NCBI GenBank assembly: GCA_029953675.1
Contig: JAMWBK010000005.1
Span: 744,001 to 808,000 of the forward strand
DNA from: Rhodosorus marinus CCMP1338
Lineage: Eukaryota; Plantae; Rhodophyta
Reading direction: 5' to 3'
DNA: 64,000 bases
Below are positions 21,780 to 32,574 of this stretch, piece by piece. Position 1 is the first letter of the stretch; each line of letters begins with the position of its first letter. Under the pieces are notes generated by a model, which was not told the DNA's origin, did no database searches, and saw nothing but the letters and a program-made list of their open reading frames with translations. The position numbers and the translations under genes are program-made.

Positions 21780-22600
21780 CGGAGAGCTGCTAGTGCAAGC
21801 TCTGCGTTCCCTTCCCAAAGCGTTCTGTTTATCTGAGCCCGTAATGCTGCTCGGCTCTCGATCTTTGTCAGCATATGACTGCATCCTTCCCGAGAAACCC
21901 ATGTGTCATCTCTCGTGTCCTTCCAAAAGTATCTATCGCCATCCGTATGAATGTATCATCTGGGTGCTAAATCGATATTTCCTCCTTGTAATGCGCAAGT
22001 TTCCAGCGCTCTGCATGCTTGGCTGCAAATTCGTTTGTATCTCGGCTCCTCGGAAGGTGTCTCGTCTGTAGTGGCGACACCACAGTCCACATCAATTACA
22101 AAGCGTTGCCACGTTCCTGGGTGGATGGCCACCAGGTCCGACTTCAAGTTGCATTTCTCGAAGCAATCTGTGGGTTCCTGTTTCACCTCCCATCGGTTCA
22201 GCCGCTTTGCTATCTCTGTGCATCCCGCATCATGCCTCCTGTTGCCCACAGCTCCGTCGATGTCAGGCAGTAGTGCAATCTTTGTACACTGTTCGTAGGT
22301 TGGTACTATTGAAAGTAGTACCCCTTTCTGTGGTACGAAAGTCCCGGAATCGGCAACCCCAACAATTGTCTGATAGTCAGCTGCATTTCCGGTCCGCTCA
22401 GTTTTCTGGGTACGAAGCGTGGCAAATCTCGTTAGAGTAGCCAGACGCCCTGATCCAACTGCTGCAGCGGAGCGGATTCGGGCTCGATGTTCCGGGTCAC
22501 AACCGTCTGATCTGTCACGAGCCTGATGAAAGCTGTTGGGTGCGCCCCTCGTGAGAGAGACTGTTGTAAGGAACCAAGCTGCATAGCAGGCGTGTCGTGT
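21780..22600 (-). mobile_element. Best-preserved fossil 3' end of a CRE-like (RLE) non-LTR retrotransposon
   Basis: With a few frameshifts: QQSLS, RARIRSAAAVGSG(V)WL (22486-), LSGPEMQLTIRQLLGLPIP (22401-22345), HYCL, RRHD (RHD at 22237-22229), QEP, SDLV (22141-22130), VIDV (22099-22088), AERWKLAHY (22014-21988), FIRMAIDTFGR and INRTLWEGNA (21832-21803). Confidence 0.8.
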
Positions 22601-22924
22601 GGGTTGTTTTCTTTCGGGGGAGGTCGTCAGGTACGTCGGGCGTAAGAAGCCTGCGGACCCTAGAAGCTCCCCTACCGGAAGACAACCTAATATGGGGTAT
22701 TTGTCGCCGAGATCGGAATGCTGAGAAGTATTGCGAAAGCCTTTCCCTTGGGCGCAACGGCGCCGCCCGGGTGAATCGACATTGGTACTCGGTGACCAGT
22801 TAACTATGAATGAATGCAGCAAAACTGCAAGAGCGTGTGGGCTCTTTCCTAGGAAACTCAGCGGGTTGCTCCATTGCGAAGGACTACATAAAATCGGCGG
22901 ATTTTACAAAAAGCGCTTATTTCC

Positions 22925-24327
22925 CTATTTTGGAACCATAATCTCTTCGTACATTGGAAGGCCTCGCATGATGGTACCTGTGACGTCGGAAGCATCGTCC
23001 AGAGCTCTGATCTCAGACTCATCCAGCGACCATCCCAAAGCGCCTGCGTTTTCCTCTGCTTGGGCTTTGGTCTTTGCTCCCGGAATTGGGATCATTCCCT
23101 TACACATCACCCAGTTCAGCGCCACTTGGGCCATCGTTCTATCTCGGCTGCATTCAAATTCATTCGAAGTAGAGCAGGAGTTAGCTCAACGATTGGGAGC
23201 TTATAGATCTATGGTGTGCCTACTTCTCAGCCACCCCCCGGAGCACGGTGAGTAGCTCAGAGCCATTAGCAAGCATGGATCTAATGGATCCATGTCGGGG
23301 ACCCGAAGGCAAATTGCCCTCCGCGTATTTTCCGGTTAGTAGCCCCTGAGCAAGTGGAGAATATGCCAAAATCTTTATGTCTAGAGATTTGCAGAGCTCC
23401 TACAAAACAGATGACGCGGCAGGTTCGTCAGTGAAGCTTTTATCGAACTCCGATGTGGAACGTAACCTAGATCGCTTACCGCCAATTCCTCTTCAGGCCT
23501 TCTGTACGCCAGATTGTAGAGTATCTGGTTGCTAACTAGAGGGACTCCTCGCTCCTGCATCCTCTTGTGCACGACAAGAAGTCTCTTTGGGCCGTAGTTG
23601 GAGACACCAACAGCCTTTATCAGGCCTTGTTCGTAGCATTTTGCAATGCCATCCCAGTATCTTTCATCCAGTCCGAGACCTGGCCAATGCAGCTGGTAGA
23701 GATCTATGCAGTCCTCTCCCATGCGCTCAGCAGATCTCTTACATGCCTCAACAACGCTATCAGCAGAAAAACGAAAAGGAAGGAGCGGGCCAAACTTCGT
23801 GGCGAGAACCATCCTGGATCGCAACAATCATCACCACCTGAGACTGTTATCTAGGCCTCAAGAACTGTTTTTTTGTCGAAACTCACCCTTCCTCGCCAAC
23901 CTCTTTCCTCCGCAGGTAAGATCTCTTGAATCTACCACAACGTCTCTCCGATTCACCGATAGCGTAGACCTCCGCGGTATCGAAGAAGTTGATTCCACTC
24001 TCCAGACTAGCATCAAATGCTTTCTTCTGATCCTGGTGTTCAAGAAACGCATACTCCATGTCAAAACAAGAATTCAAAAAAACCGAAAGCATCCGTAGAA
24101 TTATCAGGACGTCTGGATCTTACGTTCTCGTCCCCTTTCCCCCAGTAGAAATCATCTCCCCACGACCAAGCTCCCACCCCCAGCGGACTCACCTCAAGAG
24201 GTCCCAAGTTCACGCGATAGGATGTCGGTGAGACTTCGGACATTAGACAACAGCCCGAATTACGTGCAGAGCGACTATTGCCCCTCACCAGACTCCATGA
24301 ACTAGAAATAAACCCAAGCCCATCCAT
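22925..24327 (-). CDS. Plastid-targeted aldo-keto reductase (pyridoxal reductase/At1g06690-like)
   Basis: LGVGAWSWGD, FFDTAEVY, LATKF, IDLYQLHWP, AVGVSNYG, AQVALNW and IPIPGAKT..QAEENAGALGW; N-terminus MDGLGFI. Confidence 0.88.
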
Positions 24328-25742
24328 CACAGAACGCAGCTTAAAAAGAAACCGAAACAAAAAAATCCCACACCTTCTTTCTCCTTCAGGAAATAGTCTC
24401 AAAGAAAGCTATTTGAGTTCGAACTTGTATTCGCCTTACTAAGTAATCTTCAACTCTAGTTGACCACCAACACTAGTACCCAACTGCAACCGCTCCGCTC
24501 CAACTTCCCGAATGAAGATCGCACCCAGGCATGCCATTCTCTCAATCCAACTGTCAGAATCACAGACGGAACGTTCCGATATCGATCTTTCCCTTTAAAC
24601 GATACATAAAAGCGATACATTTACCTGACACTAGATTTGAAAGAAGTTATTTATCTAGAATATACATAACAAACTATAAAGCTAAAACTACTCAGTAAGC
24701 AAAAGTTTGGGGTCCAATTAACTAGAAGCCTAAGGCTGAAAATGATACTTTTTAACAGCTGTGTTCATATACAATTGGACAAATTAGCATGTAAATTAAT
24801 ATAAAACATCAAATTGAATGCATTAGCCATTCATGTCACTCGCACAAAATTTATTTCCTAATTATTTAACCATTTAACGTTTGCACAGCCCTATAAGCCA
24901 CCTTGCAACTGACTAAAAAATAAAATAAAAACAATTTAAGTTCTATTGAATTGACAAAACTTCTCCCTTTATTTTGCTCTGGCACAGCACGTGTCAGGAC
25001 AATTTGCTTTCTCTAGAAAAGGTCGTGCTCAGTTTGAGCACCAGATAATCTAGATATAGCACTAAGAGAGCCCAAATTTCTTTATTTATACAACTATGCG
25101 TCATAAATTTGAACTTTTGAAGGGCACTAATACAGATTACGGCCAATTTCAGTTACAAAAATAGGTATCTATATAGATACACCAAGTATATTTATACGTA
25201 TGCGTTTATACTCCAAAAATATTCGTTAGAAGAATATTTTGGTAAGTTAGGTTCGCAAATTTGGAAACTTATGCTTGGAAATCCATGAAAATGTTTTTTT
25301 AGGATTCCCGGATTGGTGAGGTTTTTCGGTGGTGTGGATGCAGAGGGGAACTGCTAGCAGTCCTTTTTTTCTCATGATCGAGTGCACTTACAACGGAGTG
25401 TTGGAAGGGTCGAGAGCAAATTTTGCTCTGTGGAGGGACAGTGCGTATATCTCGACATCTATATATACATGCTCACGTTTGTTTGTGTGAGTATCTGTGT
25501 ATGTTGAAGCTGACAAGGGTGAGGTTTCTTTAGTTTGGGATTTTGACGTTTGCGCATAACTGAAGTTGTTGCGACTGTTTCTGGTTGGCAGGAAGCTTTT
25601 TGTTTTGTTTTTTTGATTGTCATCGGTTTGGTTTGGTGAGTTGGCATGGTGTTTTTGGATCGGGCGACGTACGAGTAGTTTTTATCGTGAGAATTTGGCT
25701 TTGGTTTTGGTTTGTTTGGGGATTTGACTTTGGGGAGGTACG

Positions 25743-26685
25743 ATGGTGGACCATGGAATTCCGCTGATGAACATCAAGGAAAAACTGGCTCAGGTTGAGG
25801 ACAAAGTCGTAGAATTGAGAAAGATTTTGAAGGACGAAATTCTGCCGGAGCACGACGATATTCTTCTCCTGAAGTTCCTCCTCTCTCATCATGAGGATCC
25901 GGAGGAGGCCGCTACGTGGTACAGAAAGGCTATGGTATTCCGAAAAGAGAATGCTTCCTGGTTGTACGGAGAAGAGGGCCCAGAGGAAGAATTCATCCGG
26001 AGCATATTCAAGGTCAAGGATGGGATGCATTCGAGGGATGGGGAACCAATAATGCTTGCTCGTTCTGGAGAGAGTCTGAAACTTTTGAGGAATCACGACA
26101 ATGTAGTCGAAATTATGAAAAAGTTCGAGCGCTGGAGCACATGGCAGAAAGAGGTAACCTAAAGCGAGCTTGGCATAAACAATTTCGTCATAGATTCTGC
26201 CGTCTGCTGATATGCTGAATAGTACTTTCACTTTCGTGTAACGATAGAGAATCTATCAAGAATGCGACAAGCTTACGCGAACGACGGGTTTGCTCCACAA
26301 GATGTATTTTGTTAACGACATGGCCGGCATGCAGCTGTGGACCGACCTCAGGATTGCTAGAGGCATTGGAAGCTCTTCAAAGGTTAGTGAGATGATCCAT
26401 CCACAGCTGGTTGAAAAGCAGTACGTCGTCAATCCGCCGGCATTCATTAGAATCCTTTTCGCGACTGTGAAACCATTTATGAGCAAGAGGGTAAGCTGGA
26501 ACGACAACTATCCTGCAACGTATGTTCAGAGATCTCACGTTTCTTACATGTTTTATTCATGTTTTCAGATGGCTAAAAAGGTTGTGGTCGTCAACGAGAA
26601 CAACAAAAGGACTATAGAAGAAAAGGGAACCATCAAAGACCTTCTCGGTTTTGACCACGCAAGCGTCAAGTTCGATGAAGAATAG
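25743..26685 (+). CDS. CRAL-TRIO (Sec14-like) lipid-binding protein
   Basis: DDILLLKFLLSH (CRAL-N), W.RK.., SRDGEPI, VNDMAG and HPQLVEKQYVVNPPAFIRILFATVKPFMSKR..KKVVVV. Confidence 0.8.
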
Positions 26686-27183
26686 CTCTATCAGATCCCC
26701 TTTCTAAGCCGCGAATTGAAGAGAAGATTGGAGATTTTGCTTCGTTCGTAACCAGGCGTGTTTATGTATAAACTTTGTTTGAACCTGATCTCGACGCTGT
26801 CCAAAGCACTGGCGAGTCACAGAGGCAGCCCCAAGCGGCTAAAGTCCATTTTCCGCGGCAAGGTTGACGAGCTGCAACTTGGCTTAGAGGTTCATAATCG
26901 ATTCTGATGCCCACACCAATCAAAACTCCTTTGTCGAAGGGCAATGGCAGGACTTTGTCAATGGCCAATCTGAGGCTACGAGTGGCAGAAGGGCTCCAGT
27001 AAAGACCCCAAAATCTATTGCAAAAGCATTCTAGCTGCGGGCGCTATAGCCACAGTCCCGCTCTCTCGAAAGCGAAGTAGTGTCCACTCTGGGAGGCTTA
27101 TTCCACTATCAACCGACCTCCCGAACAACCTTGTGAAAAATACAATTTTGATATATATTAGACAGAAAGAACGAACAGCGATT

Positions 27184-27339
27184 CTATTGGCATACCAAAA
27201 CCCATATTATGATAACAATTACGCGTCAAACCGCCAAATTCCTCTAAACTCCTAAACCAGCGTCAACATTGATTGGATCGCTGAGGAGGATGAGCTCCTC
27301 TATTGGCATATCGAAAATCTTTATTATGATAACAATTAC
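27184..27339. promoter_or_regulatory. About 40-nt direct repeat x2 with ATTGG (CCAAT) box and TATTATGATAACAATTAC
   Basis: CTATTGGCATACCAAAACCCATATTATGATAACAATTAC (27184-27222) and CTATTGGCATATCGAAAATCTTTATTATGATAACAATTAC (27300-27339), upstream of kynureninase. Confidence 0.6.
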
Positions 27340-27674
27340 CCATTAAATATCCTGAGACCCTCTTCTGCAAGTCCATCTCATTATTGATTGGGGCAAAAAA
27401 ATGGAAAAGTTAATATTTTTGTAATGTAAACTGACTGTTTTATTTCGAAGGAAGTGGATGAGGGGCGAGCCGTGGACCCTTTATAAATGAAAGAAAAATG
27501 GAATGGGTTCGCGTGGTGTGCGAGGGGGGAAGGGTGCCATACATTTTGGAATGCCCCTAAAGCTTCCAATGAAGACCCGGCAACTCAGGATTGATTCTGG
27601 TTGTTGCAATATACTGTTTTCTTGTGAGGAGGGAAGTTGGTGGTCTGTCGAAACGAGGTTTGAGGTCCGGAAGG

Positions 27675-29352
27675 ATGCGGATTGAATCGAGAAAGATGCA
27701 GATCTCGTCCTGGGAGGAAGCGGAGGCGTTGGCTGGCCGTCTGGACGCGGAGGACGACTTGGCCGAGTTTAGGGGAAAGTTTCATCTGCCAAGGGATACC
27801 AATGGTAAATTCAAAACCTACATGTGCGGAAACTCGCTTGGATTGATGCCCAGGGTGACCACGCAGCGGCTGCAGCAGCACCTGGAAACTTGGGGCCAGA
27901 CAGGGGTTGAGGGACACTTTCACGGCAAAGAGGCATGGTTAACGATAGAAGATGCGACAAGCACGCTAAGCTCTAACATTGTTGGAGCTAAAAGTCCCCT
28001 GGAAGTCGTCTACATGAACACGCTCACTGTAAATATTCATCTGATGATGGTAGCGTTTTACCGGCCGAAAGGCGAGCGCTTCAAGGTTCTCATTGAGCAA
28101 AAAGCGTTCCCATCCGATGACTACGCTGTTCAGGCACAGGTAGGATGTCAAAAGATTAATGTCTGAGAGATCGAGAATTGGAAACACAACGAGCCAGATT
28201 GGATCCTGATTTCGTTGCTAACTTTTGCAGGTCAAGTTCCACGGTCATGACCCTGAATCTGCCATAATCAGACTTCGACCACGGGAGGGGGAGTCTACTT
28301 TGCGTACTGAAGATATTCTGGGTACAATCGAGCGAGAACGGGACAGCTTGGCATTGGTTTTCTTCCCAGGCGTTCAGTACCTTACTGGCCAAGTTCTGCC
28401 CATGGCAGCCATAGCAGAAACTGCATCTAGGCATAGCATACCAGTCGGGTTTGACCTTGCCCATGCGGTTGGGAATATAGAAGTGTTCTTGCATGACTGG
28501 GGGGTCGACTTTGCTGTCTGGTGCAGCTACAAGTATCTAAACGCCGGTCCAGGTGGGGATCGAATTAACGGGAGATATGGTTTCGCGATTGAGAGCTTTT
28601 TTGACAGTGAGTTCTGAATTTAACTGTTCAGGAGCGGTCTCTGGAGTGTTCTTGCACGAGAAGCACGCGCACAATAAGGAGCTGCCGCGCCTAGCTGGGT
28701 GGTGGGGTTATGACCGAAAGTCAAGGTTTCAGATGAACGAGACGTTTATTCCTCAACCTGGAGCGTGAGTCGCTAACACTGTGCTGCCGTACTTCTCGAG
28801 GTTTTCTGAACAATCCTCTTCGTATCATGACTCTAGGTACGGATTTCAACTGTCCAATCCTCCTGTACTGGCGTCTGTACCGATTGTTTCATCACTTGAA
28901 CTCTTCGAGGAGGCTGGCATCACAAATATTCGGAGAAAATCGGAGAAGCTAACCCTCTACCTCGAGACTCTCCTGCTGAAATTTGTTGGCTCAGAAATCG
29001 AGATGTTGACTCCTTTAAACCCGGAGGAACGTGGGAACCAGATCTCGTAAGTTTCACCCTGTCTAAACGGAAGATCAGAGCTAAACAGGCACATGAAATC
29101 GCATGAGTTTAACCTTGTACCTGTCGTGGCCGACCTTGGCCCCTGATTCTATGCAGGATTCAACTGAAAAGAGCAAACCTGCAAAAGGTTCAATCCTTTT
29201 TAGAGTCTGTAGGAGTAGTCTGCGACATCCGCGAGCCGGATGTACTTCGCATTAGTCCCGTGCCGTTGTACTCCACTTTTCACGACGTGTTCTCGGTTGT
29301 CAAGTGCCTTTCCGACGCAATTCAGAAACAAGTAAGCTCATTGACGGAGTAG
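27675..29352 (+). CDS. KYNU: Kynureninase (ATG at 27675 or 27696)
   Basis: LDAEDDLAEFRGKFHLP, YMCGNSLGLMP, MNTLTVNIHLMMVAFYRP, KAFPSDDYA, GFDLAHAVGN, DFAVWCSYKYLNAGPG (PLP Lys), RLAGWWG, LSNPP, RGNQIS and CDIREPDVLRISPVPLY. Confidence 0.95.
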
Positions 29353-29610
29353 ACCTGGTCGGCTCACTTTCTCTACCCCTTGCTGCCTCCACGCTTTTGT
29401 CGTCCACTGGAAATTAGGTTTCTACTGGCACACAGTGACCCTAAAAATACTCTTTTTACACTTTTCTAGGGTTTACACAATTGATTTTGGCGCATCGGAA
29501 CTGTATAGACGACGATGCAGAGCCAACTTTGGACGCCGGAGATGAACTCTCAGCTGTTTCAAACGGCCCTGAGCCGTTTGCGTTCGGTTGCTAGCGGTTG
29601 GTTGCGGAGC

Positions 29611-30432
29611 TCAGTTGGAGCTATTAATTGTAAGGAAGGAGAACAGACCTGAAGTTGGTCCATCCTGCGGTTCCAGAGTTGTTGGTGGCTCTTCTCCATA
29701 GCAATGGTGGTATGGTGACCTGTACGCGTTTTCGTGAAGCAGCGAACCGCTGTGGGACTTGCAAGCAACAGCGCAAACCTCGAACGTACCACTACTCGCG
29801 AGATCGTAGATTTTCAACCTTTCCATGTTCCTTAATCGTGCTGAGGGAGACTCCTGAGAAATTGCCAGAAAGTAACGCAGTATCAGCGAGAGTAGAGATC
29901 GAACTGAAGGTAGACAGGCCCGTGGATAGCAAGCCGGTCGCCTTCCGGTTCAGGTACCTTGGACACCGACAAACAGCATGAGACACAGAACTCGAAATGT
30001 TTACAGCAGTGTGATGCTCGCTGGCATCCTGCGCAGATGTATCTAGGAGGCTCTGCTGGACAGCAGCCGGTAGCGGGGTCTTGGTTCTTCGTGCTGCATG
30101 TGTATCCTTAAAAAATTAGTAAAATAGGATATGAAAAGAACAATCAAAACTAGGTTCGTTTTGCACACTCAGTTATTCGATTTCGAACCTTGGTCATCAG
30201 CAACCAACCATGGCCCAGAAGTCACATACTTGCAGCCTCGCTCGGCTGTGGACCTCCTAACAAGCCGTGACGCGTGCTGCCAAGATTGTTCGCTGACAAA
30301 CTCCTTTGAAGTGTGCTTCAGCAAGGGCACCTGTAGCAAACCGGTGATGGTCGTTACAATGAGGACAAGGGCAATTCCAACTGCAATCGTGGACTTCTTT
30401 TGCTGCTTTCGTCGAAGGAACATGCCCGCCAT
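29611..30432 (-). CDS. SPRING1: SPRING1/C12orf49 (UPF0454)-like cysteine-rich type II membrane protein
   Basis: TM anchor, then GC..VTSG..LVADDQG, GCC...YICAGCQ..HCCKHFEFCVSCCL and FEVCAVACKSHSGSLLHENAY...HHCY. Confidence 0.8.
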
Positions 30433-32574
30433 CGAACTACCCTCTACAAATCTCCAAGTTCCCGCATCCTACGTCTGGTTTCCAGTAGCCCTAAGTAAGC
30501 TGATCCTTTGGAGGACCGTTAGATTTAGACGCGTGCGAAACAATGACGAAATAAATTCCGACGTGCTGGTTGCACCCGTTGTACTAGACCACAGCTAAAA
30601 AAGTCTCGCTGTCAGGAAAGGCCAATAGCGTACAGCAACTTACGTCAACGCTTAAGTCATTTTGTCAGAAAAAGTTACGATATACATACATACAAAAACC
30701 TCCCAATACACCCTCATAAACAGACTAGTTTCATTTTTAGACATCCGAGGCAAGATTCAATACCATACTACCAAACTTAGCTTCAGCTGTTGTGTGTCAA
30801 GGGCAAAACCTTCGAAGTCATCACTGCCTCAACCAAAACTTTTACTATTATGGAGTAACGTCGATCCTCTTTCCGAAACGCACGCGATCGCCAATCCAAA
30901 TTCCACCATACACTCCAGTTTTAGAAGGAATCATCTTTCCAAAAAAATCCCGTTCAAATTCAAATGCGATATAAATTTTACTATTATACGCAGTTTTCCG
31001 AAACCAGCTTATTCAAGGCAAATAGGTAGAGAAAAGGAACCAGCCAATTCAATCAAATACCCCCTTCCCTTCCCCCCCAACGAGTTCCTAAAAGAAATGA
31101 ATGTACTTATGAAAACAATATAAAAATTCTGCCCACATTGATGAAGTGCTTGAAAGAAATAGGGGTTAAAGATACTCCCATAAAAAAAAAAGGGTTCCCC
31201 CCCCCTCCCGCGTGCATTTGTGAACATGGAGAACGACGAACGGGGGGTTGTTTTGATGGACAGCTTCCAGCCAGAAGCGGTTCAAAGTTTTATGTTTTTT
31301 AAGGAATAGAAACAAGTTGGAAAAGGGTTTCTTTGTACTTTTTGCAAAAATATAGACTCTATCTGCCTTAAAAACGGAAAGCGAAACAAAATCATGAAAA
31401 AAACGTAGAGAACGGATTTTCGTTGAAAACAAAATATGGAGGGCAGAAAAATTGGGTTTTGTATGGAAACGGAGTTAAGGAGCACAATGTTGAAAGTTGT
31501 TTATTTCTATCTTATATTTGTATTTTCGCATTCAATACCAACCCCCCTCGCTGTCGGTTGGCTTTCAAGTAGTTTATGGCTGAATCTTTCACCAACAACT
31601 AACAACTCACCGAGGACTGGGACTCTTGGATATCTTATTTTACCCCTCCCCAAAAATTTGAAATTGGGACAACACCTACTGCTTTTAAAAACTTAGGGTT
31701 TCGAATAATATCGGTTTGTGGCTTCTTTGCTAAAGGGGGATACATTTTTTGACCCATTGGGATAGCATGGTATAGTGGGCGGAGCACGATAAAATAGTTG
31801 ATGACCAATAAAAATCTATACACACGGTTCGCCCGAATTGATTGGTGAAATATTAACCAATAAAAATAGTTTAATATAAGAGCGTCTAAACTTCTTTCTC
31901 AGTACAAGTATTCAGAATTTTAATTTTCACTTCTATTTTCTTGAATTTTGGGTTGTTTTTGTCTCTTACGCGTATAAATGGCTGAAAACTAACTGCAATC
32001 GAGATAGCAGCGGGAGGAATTTGTTATAAATTAAGCACTATGATTTTTTGTGTGTAATAAACGGGGATCCTTTTTTTTACGTGAGATTCATACCATCATC
32101 TGTGCATTATTGGAAATATTTTCAAAGATATTTCATGAGCACAAAAATTTGAAGTGAATTCTTAGACTCTTCTTGTTTGTTTTTTGGGATTTTCCGGCTG
32201 TGTTTTCTCGCTATTGTTGTTGTTGGCTGAAGAGAGGTATTTTGATGTCTTAGCGAGTGTGGGTGTGATGAAGCGGTCTTGGGAGGGAACTGTTGGGGTG
32301 GAGGTAGGAGGGGTGTGCGGGAGGTCGGGGGTTAGGGTGAGGGCGGGAGATAGATATAGTGTACGCCTGGGTTTGGCACTCTTATTAACCGGAGAGGATT
32401 TTGTGCCGGGGGGTGGGGGGGAGGGAGGGAGTGATATACGTCAGGTTTGTTTTGGGATGGGGGGTGAGGGGGAAGTTTGAAAGAAGGGTTTGGTGGTAGG
32501 TTGTGATGTGATTGTAAAGGTGGTAAGTGGATGGTAGAGGATTTGCTGGAGTCTGGTTTTGCTGGGTGTCAGCG

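Noticed and set aside
21956-22822. 288-aa orphan protein-coding gene
   Set aside because: It starts at TTG with no Met in the whole ORF, and it is better explained as one frame of a frameshifted retroelement fossil.
26760-27030. 68-aa minus ORF and plus-strand EPDL / RLRVAEGLQ
   Set aside because: Too short and ambiguous to call as either a gene or a relic.
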